Part shown: positions 10,132 through 19,371 of the stretch, piece after piece | How the letters are laid out: the number at the start of each line of letters is the position of its first letter | Numbering within the stretch: the first letter of the stretch is position 1 | Assembly: GCA_938091905.1 (NCBI GenBank) | Contig: CALKOM010000117.1 | Span: 1-64,000 of the forward strand | DNA length: 64,000 nucleotides | Origin: an uncultured Verrucomicrobiales bacterium | GTDB lineage: Bacteria; Verrucomicrobiota; Verrucomicrobiia; Verrucomicrobiales; DEV007 | Reading direction: 5' to 3' | Made by a program: the position numbers and the translations under genes | Notes under the pieces: generated by a model | What the model was told of the DNA's origin: nothing | The model's database searches: none | Seen by the model: only the letters and a program-made list of their open reading frames with translations

Positions 10132-11397
10132 CTAGTCCTCTTGCAACACGGTTGCAGCATCCTGCCTAGAGGCGATCAAAGCAGGCAACCAACTACCTAA
10201 CAAAGCCACAACTATCGCCAGTCCAAAGCTCAAAGCTATGGTTGCTCCACTGATTCCAACAGCTCCTCCAGATCCACTCAAAGCACCGCCGATTAGAGCG
10301 CCCGCGATTAGCCCCACCACGGCTCCGACAATTCCAACAAGGAGCGCCTTCCCAAGGAATACGCAAAGCACTTGGCGAGAACGCCATCCAAGCGCCCCTA
10401 GAATAGCAATCTCTTGCCGACGCTGACGGACGTTAGCCAGGGTTGTTAGCCCCATCAACAAGGCACTCCCTAAAGTTGCTAACGGAACCAGCAAAGACGC
10501 AAACCGTTCGCGTTGGCCTCTAAGTTCACCGCGACTCTCAATCTCATCATCGAGCGACTGCTGGGCCGTGACCTTCGCCTGATTGCGCGCTTCCGCACGG
10601 GCCAGTGCGGGAGCCCCACGTTCAATCGCTTGAGTACCGGGAAGAATCGAGATGATCTCCTCACGAATCTGCGAAATACGATCTCCCGCACAATGACATT
10701 CAAGAGCTTGAATTGCATGAATGAGGTTCTCCATCCCCAACATCTCTTGGGCCTCACCGAGATTGATCCAAACCGTGCTATCATCGATCGAGCCACGTTC
10801 ACCGTGAGCCTTCAGAATCTTGAACGGCTTGCCTAGCAGAGTCACTTCTGAGCCTGCTGTAAGACTAAGCTTCTGCCCGACTTGATATCCAACGATCATC
10901 GATCCACGTGGCACAGCATCAAGAAGAGGCTTCTTAGGATCGCGATGCGCGATCGGCACTTCGCCTCGCGTTCCGTAAAGTACGATGGGCAAGTCGTTCT
11001 GTTCCGGCCAGTTCAGTTTCTTCGTGACCGTCGGTAAGAGGTGATTCACCGTGACAATGTTCGAATTCGCCAACCTGTCTACATACTCCTCCGGCATCGT
11101 CTTATTGATCATACCAGTGAGGTGCATTTCCTGAAGGTCTTGGTCCTTCGGCAGAATAACCACATTGAAGCCCAGCCCTTTCATGATCTTGCGCATGGCA
11201 TTTTCCAAGTCCGCACCAGCGGCTTCAACAGCCTGCTGCTTTGCTGCCAGTGCCTTCTCTGTCGACGCGGCATCCGCTTTGAGTAGCACCAGAGCGCCAG
11301 AGAGGCACGCCGTAGCCACACCTACGGAAACCGCGGTGAGAAGCGCGTTCAGCTTCCGATGGCGAATCTCTCGAAGAACGAAATGCCAGATATTCAT
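10132..11397 (-). CDS. FtsX/MacB-like ABC permease
   Basis: N-terminal TM, large periplasmic domain, RRQEIAILGALG and C-terminal TMs ending PALIASRQD. Carries an ECHC motif. Confidence 0.88.
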   Translation of the reverse strand: MNIWHFVLREIRHRKLNALLTAVSVGVATACLSGALVLLKADAASTEKALAAKQQAVEAAGADLENAMRKIMKGLGFNVVILPKDQDLQEMHLTGMINKTMPEEYVDRLANSNIVTVNHLLPTVTKKLNWPEQNDLPIVLYGTRGEVPIAHRDPKKPLLDAVPRGSMIVGYQVGQKLSLTAGSEVTLLGKPFKILKAHGERGSIDDSTVWINLGEAQEMLGMENLIHAIQALECHCAGDRISQIREEIISILPGTQAIERGAPALARAEARNQAKVTAQQSLDDEIESRGELRGQRERFASLLVPLATLGSALLMGLTTLANVRQRRQEIAILGALGWRSRQVLCVFLGKALLVGIVGAVVGLIAGALIGGALSGSGGAVGISGATIALSFGLAIVVALLGSWLPALIASRQDAATVLQED

Positions 11398-12512
11398 GCG
11401 TCTTTATTGCGAAAGACCGCAGAGCCTACTGCGACCACGAGCACCATGAACACCAGCGCGCCAAGAGTGGCCCACAAGATCGACCTAGAATCGTTCTCCT
11501 TAAGTGGAGGCGGCTTCGACACGCGCGCCTCAGTCTCCACCTGCTGACCCGGCTGAACATCAGCAACGGCTGGCGTTTCCGGCAGTATGCCTGCCAATTC
11601 GGGCAGTTCACGATCTTCCTCAAGGGATGTTTGCACCGCCTCATTCCAGTTCATGGCCATTAACAAATCGACCCCGGGATTCTCTTCCTTAACCTGGCAA
11701 GAGCAAGCTCCGGTCAAATAGGCAGCCGCATTCTCAATCGTCTCGGGGATGATGCCATCGCCCACCAAGCCATAGAGCACCCTCCCACGACCGAAGACCG
11801 GAAAGACCATCGGTTCTTCGCTATCGATCAAATCCTCCTCCATGTCCAAGAGCATCCTAACAAACATCTTCTCCGCTTCATCATCCCGAGAAAGTCGCTG
11901 AGCCGCGAAAGCAATCTTCAATTCATCCTCCGATACAGACACTAATCCAGCATCGATGTCCTCTTGCTCCAAAGTCGGTAATTCGAGCACAGACTCGAGT
12001 TCCGAAAGAGAATCCGTTAACGTCTTCCAGGCGGCCTCATCCTTTGCCTGATCACCGGATTGCAGCAGCACCCACACCGCAGTCTCGCCTTCAACTAATT
12101 GGTTCGCAATCTGCTTGCGCATGGGAGAATCCACAACACTAGCAACCAGTTCAGGATCCAACGGACCCGCAGCCAATTCAACAGCTAACGGATGGGATTC
12201 CGGATAGGAAACATAGAGCCAGGGCAACGTGTCTGTTTCCTGTTCTTTCCAAATATCTAGAACGCTCGCGTTAGCAATCGAACCAACATCCACCGCACTC
12301 ACCTTGGTATTAGCATCGGCATTCTTAATCAGCTCGACCAAACCAACGGCATCTTGACCGAGCGTCTGCTTGTAAAAGACCTGAACCCGAAATGGGTCAG
12401 CAGCCCAGCGCTCCAATGCATACCGGAACACCGGCACGGAGCAACCAAAGGCGCTGGAGGCCCATTGAAGTATCAAGACAAGGACAACAAGTCGTGGGAG
12501 TGTCAATTGCAT
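11394..12512 (-). CDS. Secreted, C-terminally anchored conserved hypothetical protein (CSVPVFRYALERW...GACSCQVK)
   Basis: Probable ATG at 12512. Signal peptide followed by Cys, a CSC motif and a C-terminal TM helix. Its stop overlaps the permease start. Confidence 0.8.
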   Translation of the reverse strand: MQLTLPRLVVLVLILQWASSAFGCSVPVFRYALERWAADPFRVQVFYKQTLGQDAVGLVELIKNADANTKVSAVDVGSIANASVLDIWKEQETDTLPWLYVSYPESHPLAVELAAGPLDPELVASVVDSPMRKQIANQLVEGETAVWVLLQSGDQAKDEAAWKTLTDSLSELESVLELPTLEQEDIDAGLVSVSEDELKIAFAAQRLSRDDEAEKMFVRMLLDMEEDLIDSEEPMVFPVFGRGRVLYGLVGDGIIPETIENAAAYLTGACSCQVKEENPGVDLLMAMNWNEAVQTSLEEDRELPELAGILPETPAVADVQPGQQVETEARVSKPPPLKENDSRSILWATLGALVFMVLVVAVGSAVFRNKDA

Positions 12513-12620
12513 CTCAAGGAACGCTACCCCCAACTTCCAGGAACGGAAAGCGAATTGCCCCACAACGGACCGGATGAAGAAATCGGTTGCTAGACGCTTC
12601 CCTCTTCCTAGAATTAAAGG

Positions 12621-13010
12621 GTGACTGCCAGGCTGCTTCGAATGACCCTCGCCATTTTCATGGCCTGGTCAGGCTGCTTCTGTCAAATAGCCTGCGGGTT
12701 TGACTTGTGCGAACATCAGCACCTTCCAGGGGAGGCTTCTTGCGCAGACCACGAGCATCATCATCAACACCATGACCAGGACACCGAGGGCTCTTCGGGT
12801 TGTGAGCACCCCGAGCCCTCAAAACATACCCTTCCTGATCCTCCACAGTTCGTTGGGACACCGCTGTTTGTCGTTCAGGAAATCGGCAAGGTCGCCTGGC
12901 CGCCAGATGACAACCTGACTTCTTCGAGACTGCGTGGCGACGCGTCAGAATGGATACTCAGCTTCCGACGGCAAGCCTACCAGGCGAGGCTCTGTTGCTT
13001 CATCATTTGA
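12621..13010 (+). CDS. Small Cys/His-rich protein preceding metal efflux operon
   Basis: Signal-like N-terminus, CFCQIAC, HEHHHQHH and C-terminal LCCFII. TAGAAT lies 6 nt before the GTG. Confidence 0.7.
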   Translation: MTARLLRMTLAIFMAWSGCFCQIACGFDLCEHQHLPGEASCADHEHHHQHHDQDTEGSSGCEHPEPSKHTLPDPPQFVGTPLFVVQEIGKVAWPPDDNLTSSRLRGDASEWILSFRRQAYQARLCCFII

Positions 13011-13011
13011 T

Positions 13012-13044
13012 AGGATGGTCCATCCTGAACGCAATTGCGTTCAG
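13012..13044. promoter_or_regulatory. Two overlapping inverted repeats, including a perfect 20-bp palindrome
   Basis: AGGATGG-T-CCATCCT at 13012-13026 and CTGAACGCAATTGCGTTCAG at 13025-13044. Confidence 0.5.
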
Positions 13045-13109
13045 CTAATTCGTTAGACCTTCTTAGGCGCTTTTGTGCCAACAAACAAACCTACTTTTGA
13101 TCATGAACT

Positions 13110-14360
13110 ATGTCTTTCTCTATCCACCCATGGTGCAGTGTGTTCACACTGGCACTCCTTCTCCCAAGCGCAATAGCCGCTGATGAGCCTATACGCTCAG
13201 GGCTCAAACTCAGCCTCGGCAACGCAGGATCTGTCGTCCGCGCACTAAATCCTACACTGGCAGCCGCACGCTATCAAATCGGCGAGGCCCGCGGACGCCT
13301 TCGCCAAGCAGGCCTCCTAAGCAACCCCGAAGCGGAAACCAGTTTCCAACACGATCCTCAATTCCGCGAGCATAGCGCCGAATTCGGCCTCACTCAGGAC
13401 ATTCCAGTGACTGCGCGGCTGCGTTACGAGAAGGAGGTATCACTAGCCGAACTGCAAGCAACCGAGGCTGAGGTCGCAGACCTCGAACGCCGTCTCATTG
13501 GTCAGGTCCGCGAAGGATTGATCGAGTTGCTCGCCTTGCGCGCTCAGAAAGCCAACAGCGCACGTCAGGCAAAGGTATTGCAGGAATTACTCACGTTCAT
13601 TGCATCACAAGTCACCAAAGCCGAAGCGTCTACTCTTGATCTGAATCAACTAAAAGTTGAGCGTAGCCAACTGGGTTTGGCCATGCGGCGGCTGGAAGTT
13701 GAGCACACGCTGGCTCTTAGCGCACTGAAACCACTACTAGGCGTGCCTCCTAACAAGCACGTCGTCGTCATCGATTCGCTTCCAAATCCCGATATCAAAT
13801 ACTCGCCAGCAGGCGATGAACAATCGCGGCCAGATATCCAGGCGGCAGCCCACCTAGCTGAGGCTGCTGAACGAGAAATTCAATTAGAACGCGCCAAGCG
13901 TTACGATGATCTCTCGGTAGGCCTCTTCCTTGAACGCGCCCTGGAAGAGGATGCGCCCAAAGGATTGGAACGCGAAACAGCGATCGGCGTCCGCGTTTCT
14001 TTCCCGATCCCCTTCTGGAATAAGAACAAAGGGGCCATCGAAGAAAAGAACGCAAAGCACCTGCGTCTTGCCAAGGAGAAACAGGCTTTAGAATCCAACG
14101 CTGCCCACGAGTCCGCAAAAGCACGCCTCACCATGCAGGCCCAACAAGATCTTCTAACGGAGATCGACAACACGCTAGCACCTCAAGCTACAGCGCAGAT
14201 CAACGACTTGGAGCAGGCCTATAAAAAAGGTCTCTCCAATCTCCAATCCGTCCTCCGAGCGCGGCGCCAATTTATCAAACTGGGCGCCGCCCGTATCGAT
14301 GCCCTACGCGACTACCACCTTGCCCGCGTTCAACTCGAAACCTCTCTCGCCCTACCATGA
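13110..14360 (+). CDS. TolC/CzcC family outer-membrane efflux protein
   Basis: Signal peptide, NPTLAAA..QAGLLSNP, SFPIPFWNKNKG. First gene of the RND trio. Confidence 0.9.
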   Translation: MSFSIHPWCSVFTLALLLPSAIAADEPIRSGLKLSLGNAGSVVRALNPTLAAARYQIGEARGRLRQAGLLSNPEAETSFQHDPQFREHSAEFGLTQDIPVTARLRYEKEVSLAELQATEAEVADLERRLIGQVREGLIELLALRAQKANSARQAKVLQELLTFIASQVTKAEASTLDLNQLKVERSQLGLAMRRLEVEHTLALSALKPLLGVPPNKHVVVIDSLPNPDIKYSPAGDEQSRPDIQAAAHLAEAAEREIQLERAKRYDDLSVGLFLERALEEDAPKGLERETAIGVRVSFPIPFWNKNKGAIEEKNAKHLRLAKEKQALESNAAHESAKARLTMQAQQDLLTEIDNTLAPQATAQINDLEQAYKKGLSNLQSVLRARRQFIKLGAARIDALRDYHLARVQLETSLALP

Positions 14361-15487
14361 ATCAGTATCTCTTACCGGGCCTCACTTGTCTCGCGTTTCT
14401 ATCACTCACCCTGAATGCTCCCGCTACCGAGGAATCCACAGCAAACCGAACAGCAAACACCGTGGTCCTCGACGCCGTTTCCGTAAAAAACCTCGGCATC
14501 AAAACAGTGGAAGTCTCTCCCACAACATTCGAGAACACGCTCTTCGCCTTAGGTCGCTTGGCCCCCATTCACTCCAACGAAGGTGTAGTCAGCAGTCGGA
14601 TACCTGGCAGAGTCACCGAATTGCTCGCACACGAAGGTGATGTCGTCGCTACAGGGCAACGTATCGGTCGTCTGGAGAGTCGCCAGCCTGGAAACCCTCC
14701 ACCGAGTATCGACCTCACGGCGCCGCTGGAAGGTCTCGTCATGGAGTGCCACGTCAGACTTGGCGAACCCGTCGAACCAGACACGGACATTCTCGAGATC
14801 ATTGACGTGCGCTCCATGCACGCCGTGGCCCGCATTCCCGAAGATCAGGCGAGTCAAATAAAGCTAGGCATGAAAGCGCGTATCCAGATTGCCGCCCTAC
14901 CTAACAAAGCATTTGAAGGGGAGATGGTTCGCTTTGGCACCAGTGCCGATGCGATCGGAGGCACGGTAGATGCCCTCTTTTTACTCGAAGACCAATCCGG
15001 CAGCCTGCGACCGAGTATGCGCGCCGAGTTCTCGATCATCCTGTCAACCCGTAGCAATGTCATGGCCCTACCCAAAGAGGCCCTTCAGGGTGACAGCGCC
15101 AATCCCTTCGTCTTTGTAAAGGACTTCGACCTAGCCAATGCCTTCGTGAAAGCCCCAATTACAATTGGCGCACGGAACAATCGGTTTGTCGAAGTCGCCC
15201 GTGGTCTCTTTCCTACCGATGAGGTCGTCACCAAAGGTAGCTATGCCCTCGCCTTCGCTGGGGCGGATAGCATCTCTCTTAAGGAGGCACTCGATGCTGC
15301 TCACGGCCATGAACACAATGAGGACGGCTCAGAAATAATCGCTGAACAGAAAGCAGCCCGCAAGTCTGCTGCAGGTGGCGGCCATGGAGGAGGCAGTTAT
15401 TCCATGCTGACACTCTTCCTAGCACTGCTATCCGGCATCCTCTTCGTCCTCTTGATCGTCAGTCAGTTTTTCCGACGTCATGCTTAA
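14357..15487 (+). CDS. RND periplasmic adaptor (CzcB/CusB-like) with His-containing C-terminal extension and TM
   Basis: Lipoyl-like GRVTELLAHEGDVV, LTAPLEG and LRPSM, plus AHGHEHNEDG. Confidence 0.9.
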   Translation: MNQYLLPGLTCLAFLSLTLNAPATEESTANRTANTVVLDAVSVKNLGIKTVEVSPTTFENTLFALGRLAPIHSNEGVVSSRIPGRVTELLAHEGDVVATGQRIGRLESRQPGNPPPSIDLTAPLEGLVMECHVRLGEPVEPDTDILEIIDVRSMHAVARIPEDQASQIKLGMKARIQIAALPNKAFEGEMVRFGTSADAIGGTVDALFLLEDQSGSLRPSMRAEFSIILSTRSNVMALPKEALQGDSANPFVFVKDFDLANAFVKAPITIGARNNRFVEVARGLFPTDEVVTKGSYALAFAGADSISLKEALDAAHGHEHNEDGSEIIAEQKAARKSAAGGGHGGGSYSMLTLFLALLSGILFVLLIVSQFFRRHA

Positions 15488-18400
15488 TCGACTCATCAGA
15501 TTCTCGCTGGCGCATCGGGGGCTCATACTCGTTGCCGCCTTACTCGTGCTGGTCTTCGGCTTTCAAACCGCACGCAGCTTGCCCGTAGAGGTCCTTCCGG
15601 ATCTGACCAAACCGACCGTCACAATCCTCACCGAAGCACCTGGGCTAGCCCCAGAAGAAGTCGAAGCACTCGTCACTGTTCCCATGGAAACGGCTCTTAT
15701 GGGAGTGTCTGGCCTCACACGGTTGCGGTCCACCTCGGACGTCGCACTCTCATTGATTTATGTCGAGTTCGACTGGGGAACGGACATCTATCACGCTCGC
15801 CAGTTGGTGTGGGAACGCCTGCAATCGGTGAATGACACTCTTCCGGATGGCGTCGTTCCTTTCATGACTCCAGTGGCTTCACTCATGGGCGAAATCATGC
15901 TCGTAGGTGTGAGCAGTAAAGACGGTTCAGTGAGTCCGCGTGATCTTCGCACGCTGTCAGACTGGAATGTGAGCCTTCGTCTTAAGAGTATTCTCGGTAT
16001 CGCAGAAGTCCTCGCGATGGGAGGCGGCGTAAGGCAGGTGCAGGTGCAGCCTGACCCGGAAAAGATGTTGGCGCTGAATGTCACGTTCGATGAACTGCGT
16101 GAAGCCACGGCTGCTGCAGCCTCAAACACCACAGGCGGAACCTTAACATCAGCCCCCCAAGAGATCATGGTCCGGCACTTGGCCATGACCACCGATCTCA
16201 ACGATATCGGCTCAACCATCGTCAAGCATGTCAATGACCGTCCGATCAAGATCGCTGACGTGGCGACTGTCGTCTGGGACCTGGAACCCATGCGTGGCGA
16301 TGCCGCTGTCAATGGCACGCCGGGCGTGATCCTCAGTGTCACCAAGAGTCCTGGCTTCGATTCCTTAGAACTCACAGCCAAAGTCGAAGATGCTCTCGCA
16401 GAACTACAAAAAACACTTCCCGAAGGCGTTGAGATCACCGCCCTGTTCCGCCAGGCAGACTTCATCGAACATGCTATTGGCAACCTCGGTGAAGCCATTC
16501 GTGACGGCGCGATCATGGTCATCCTCGTGCTCTTTCTCTTCTTGTTCAACTTCAGGACTACCTTCATCACGCTCATGGCCATGCCGTTGTCCTTTGCCAT
16601 CACCGTCTTGGTCTTCCGAATGATGGATATCAGTGTGAACTCCATGACGCTCGGAGGACTCGCCGTAGCTATTGGCATGGTCGTGGACGATGCCATTGTC
16701 GATGTCGAGAACGTCTTTCGACGCCTTCGAGAGAATGCCCGTTTGCCCGAACCTAAGCCTAAATTGGACGTCATCGCACGCGCCTCAGGCGAAGTTCGAA
16801 ACTCCATCCTCTACGCAACGCTATTCATCCTGCTCGTGTTTGTACCCTTGCTAGGACTCACGGGGGTTGCGGGCCGCCTATTCACTCCAATTGCCATCGC
16901 AACGATGGTGAGCATGTCTGCCTCCTTTGTCGTCTCGCTTACAGTCATTCCAGTGCTTTGCTCGCTGCTGCTGCGTCCCAAGCAGGGCAAGGAACACCAG
17001 GATAGCAGGCTCGTTCGCGTTCTGAAATCGATCTTTAAACACACCTGGTTGCGGCTCGCACTGCGCGCCCCTTTCGTGGTCATGGCACTGGCTGCCATGC
17101 TCGTTGCGGGAGCCCTGTCACTATATCCCACAATGGGGCAGGCCTTTCTTCCATCATTCCGCGAGGAAACAGCTCTGGTCGCACTTACGGCAGCTCCCGG
17201 CACCTCGCTCACCCAAACGAACGCCATCTCGGACATCGCTGATCGCCTACTCCTTTCGATTCCTGAGGTGCGCCAAGTTGGTCGTCGGGTCGGTCGCGCC
17301 GAACGCGGTGATCATATTGTACCCGTGTCGACTGTGGAGTTCGATATCGACTTTATCACCGACGAGAACTCGCGCTCACGGGCCGAAGTACTAGAAGATA
17401 TTCGACTGAAGGTCCGAACCATTCCCGGCACCTTCAGTGTGGTCAGCGGGCCACTCGCAGATCGGATTGGACACATGCTAAGCGGTGTCTCTGCGAAGAT
17501 CGCGATTAAAGTATTCGGCCCCAGTCTGGACGAGATCCGGCGCGTAGGCACCGACATTCAAACGGTGGCCCACAGCATTCCCGGGCTGGAAACAGCGCGT
17601 ATCGAACAGCAAGCCCCCATTCCTCAACTCCGAATCGAAGTTGATCGCGAACGCGCTCTTGCCTACGGCGTCACTCCGGGCGCTTTGAATTCACAACTCT
17701 CGGCACTTATGGCTGGTGACACGGTGGGCCAGCTCTACGAAGGCCAGCGCACCGTCGAACTTGTTGTGCGTTTGCCAGAGTCATGGCGTGAACAGCCAGA
17801 CCGTCTCCGCGATCTCTACATCGACACCCTCTCAGGACAACGAATCCCTCTGCACCTCATCGCGAAGATTCGAAACGCGAAAGGGCCTAACGTCATTCAA
17901 CGTGAAAACACCCAACGTCGGTTTGTCGTCAGCATCAACCCTACGGTGCGAGATCTCGCCGGTCTTGTCAGACGCCTTCAGGCCAAGGTCTCGGAGAAGG
18001 TGGCTCAACCAAAGAACGTCTTTATCAGTTACGAAGGCGAGTTTCAGGCTCAGCAAGAAGCCACGAAACGGATCGCTTGGATGAGCATCGCCGTCTTCGT
18101 CATCATCGCGCTCCTCCTCTTCAATTACTTCAAGACCGCCGTCTTCGCGGTGCAGATCCTGGCAGACATTCCCTTGGCCCTGGTCGGCGGGATCGTCTTC
18201 ACCTGGCTCACCTTGAAAAATATCAGTATCGCCACACTCGTCGGCTTCATTGCTGTGGCTGGCATCTCCGCTCGCAATAGTGTCATGCTCCTTTCCCACT
18301 ACCTTCATCTCATGCGCCATGAAGGCGAAGGCTTTACTCGAGAAATGATCGAACGGGGCACCTTAGAACGCCTCGCTCCCGTCTTTATGACCGCTCTTTC

Positions 18401-18602
18401 TGCTGGGATCGCCTTGATTCCTCTCGTTCTAGCCGCTGAACAGCCTGGTAAAGAAATCCTTCATCCCGTGGCTGTCGTCATTGTCGGAGGTCTTGTTACC
18501 TCAACCTTTCTTGGGCTCGGAGTGACCCCCGCTGTCTTCTACACATTCGGACGCAAAGCAGCCCAACGGTCGATCGATCAGAAAGCCGCCGCCAGCGACT
18601 AG
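15480..18602 (+). CDS. Heavy-metal efflux RND permease (CusA/CzcA family)
   Basis: 1040 aa. LPVEVLPDL, TM4 GLAVAIGMVVDDAIVDVEN, ERLAPVFMTA and EILHPVAVVIVGG. Confidence 0.93.
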   Translation: MLNRLIRFSLAHRGLILVAALLVLVFGFQTARSLPVEVLPDLTKPTVTILTEAPGLAPEEVEALVTVPMETALMGVSGLTRLRSTSDVALSLIYVEFDWGTDIYHARQLVWERLQSVNDTLPDGVVPFMTPVASLMGEIMLVGVSSKDGSVSPRDLRTLSDWNVSLRLKSILGIAEVLAMGGGVRQVQVQPDPEKMLALNVTFDELREATAAAASNTTGGTLTSAPQEIMVRHLAMTTDLNDIGSTIVKHVNDRPIKIADVATVVWDLEPMRGDAAVNGTPGVILSVTKSPGFDSLELTAKVEDALAELQKTLPEGVEITALFRQADFIEHAIGNLGEAIRDGAIMVILVLFLFLFNFRTTFITLMAMPLSFAITVLVFRMMDISVNSMTLGGLAVAIGMVVDDAIVDVENVFRRLRENARLPEPKPKLDVIARASGEVRNSILYATLFILLVFVPLLGLTGVAGRLFTPIAIATMVSMSASFVVSLTVIPVLCSLLLRPKQGKEHQDSRLVRVLKSIFKHTWLRLALRAPFVVMALAAMLVAGALSLYPTMGQAFLPSFREETALVALTAAPGTSLTQTNAISDIADRLLLSIPEVRQVGRRVGRAERGDHIVPVSTVEFDIDFITDENSRSRAEVLEDIRLKVRTIPGTFSVVSGPLADRIGHMLSGVSAKIAIKVFGPSLDEIRRVGTDIQTVAHSIPGLETARIEQQAPIPQLRIEVDRERALAYGVTPGALNSQLSALMAGDTVGQLYEGQRTVELVVRLPESWREQPDRLRDLYIDTLSGQRIPLHLIAKIRNAKGPNVIQRENTQRRFVVSINPTVRDLAGLVRRLQAKVSEKVAQPKNVFISYEGEFQAQQEATKRIAWMSIAVFVIIALLLFNYFKTAVFAVQILADIPLALVGGIVFTWLTLKNISIATLVGFIAVAGISARNSVMLLSHYLHLMRHEGEGFTREMIERGTLERLAPVFMTALSAGIALIPLVLAAEQPGKEILHPVAVVIVGGLVTSTFLGLGVTPAVFYTFGRKAAQRSIDQKAAASD

Positions 18603-18654
18603 CGCCCATGATTTTTTACCTAAACAACCATCAAACCATACACCAAACCTAATT

Positions 18655-19233
18655 ATGAGACTCAAGAAAGTCCTTCTCTTCGTCTTAACCTCGGCCACCG
18701 TCTTTAGCCTCGTGGCTTGCGAAGGGGACCAACATGGTGACCACGATCACGCAGGACATGATCACGACGATCACGCAGGACATGATCACGACGAGCACGC
18801 CGAAGACCACGACGGCGATGAAGGTCACGATCATGACGGCGATGATCACGGTCACGAACACGACACCATCATCGCCGGGCCTAACGGCGGCCGGGTGATC
18901 ACTAGCTTTGAGCCCCACGCAGAATTCTTTGTGACGGAGTCTAGTAAAGTCCAGATCACCTTCGTCGATGATGAAATCAAGGCGATAGCCCCTGGCTCAC
19001 AAGAAGTAACTGTCATCGCCGGTGATCGCTCGAATCCCACAATTCTAACATTCACAAGAGTAGGCGGTGCACTCGTATCAGGTCAAGCGCTACCCGATGG
19101 AGATGACTTCCCCGTCGTCGTCATGCTCAAGGCAGACGCCATGAGCAAAGCTGTCACGGAGAAATTTACCCTCGACCTCACACAGTGTCCAAGCTGTGAC
19201 TACCTGGAGTACGCCTGCACCTGCGCACACTGA
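18655..19233 (+). CDS. His/Asp-rich putative metal-binding lipoprotein
   Basis: Lipobox LVAC, (DHxGH/DHD)n tract, GPNGGR and C-terminal CPSCDYLEYACTCAH. Confidence 0.82.
   Translation: MRLKKVLLFVLTSATVFSLVACEGDQHGDHDHAGHDHDDHAGHDHDEHAEDHDGDEGHDHDGDDHGHEHDTIIAGPNGGRVITSFEPHAEFFVTESSKVQITFVDDEIKAIAPGSQEVTVIAGDRSNPTILTFTRVGGALVSGQALPDGDDFPVVVMLKADAMSKAVTEKFTLDLTQCPSCDYLEYACTCAH
18743..18794 (+). repeat. Exact 24-bp in-frame tandem duplication (DHAGHDHD x2)
   Basis: ACGATCACGCAGGACATGATCACG at 18743 and 18767. Confidence 0.9.
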
Positions 19234-19241
19234 TCACTGAT

Positions 19242-19362
19242 TTGGAGTGCGCCGACCCGGCGCAGCTTGGGAACGAAGCCAAGATAGCAAGCAGCTGGTC
19301 TTATGGCCAATCGCGAGTCGATCGGCCGTCGATCCAAAGCGCGGCCGGGTCAGCGCACTCTA
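19242..19362. repeat. REP/REPIN-like inverted-repeat element (GGAGTGCG...CGCACTC type)
   Basis: TTGGAGTGCGCCGACCCGGCGCAGCTTGG (19242-19270) is an imperfect inverse of CCAAAGCGCGGCCGGGTCAGCGCACTCTA (19334-19362). Confidence 0.65.
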
Positions 19363-19371
19363 TGGCTGGCC

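Noticed and set aside
15791..16807. 338-aa antisense ORF and the many other short overlapping ORFs in the track
   Set aside because: These are shadows of well-supported genes on the opposite strand or frame, with no recognisable motifs.
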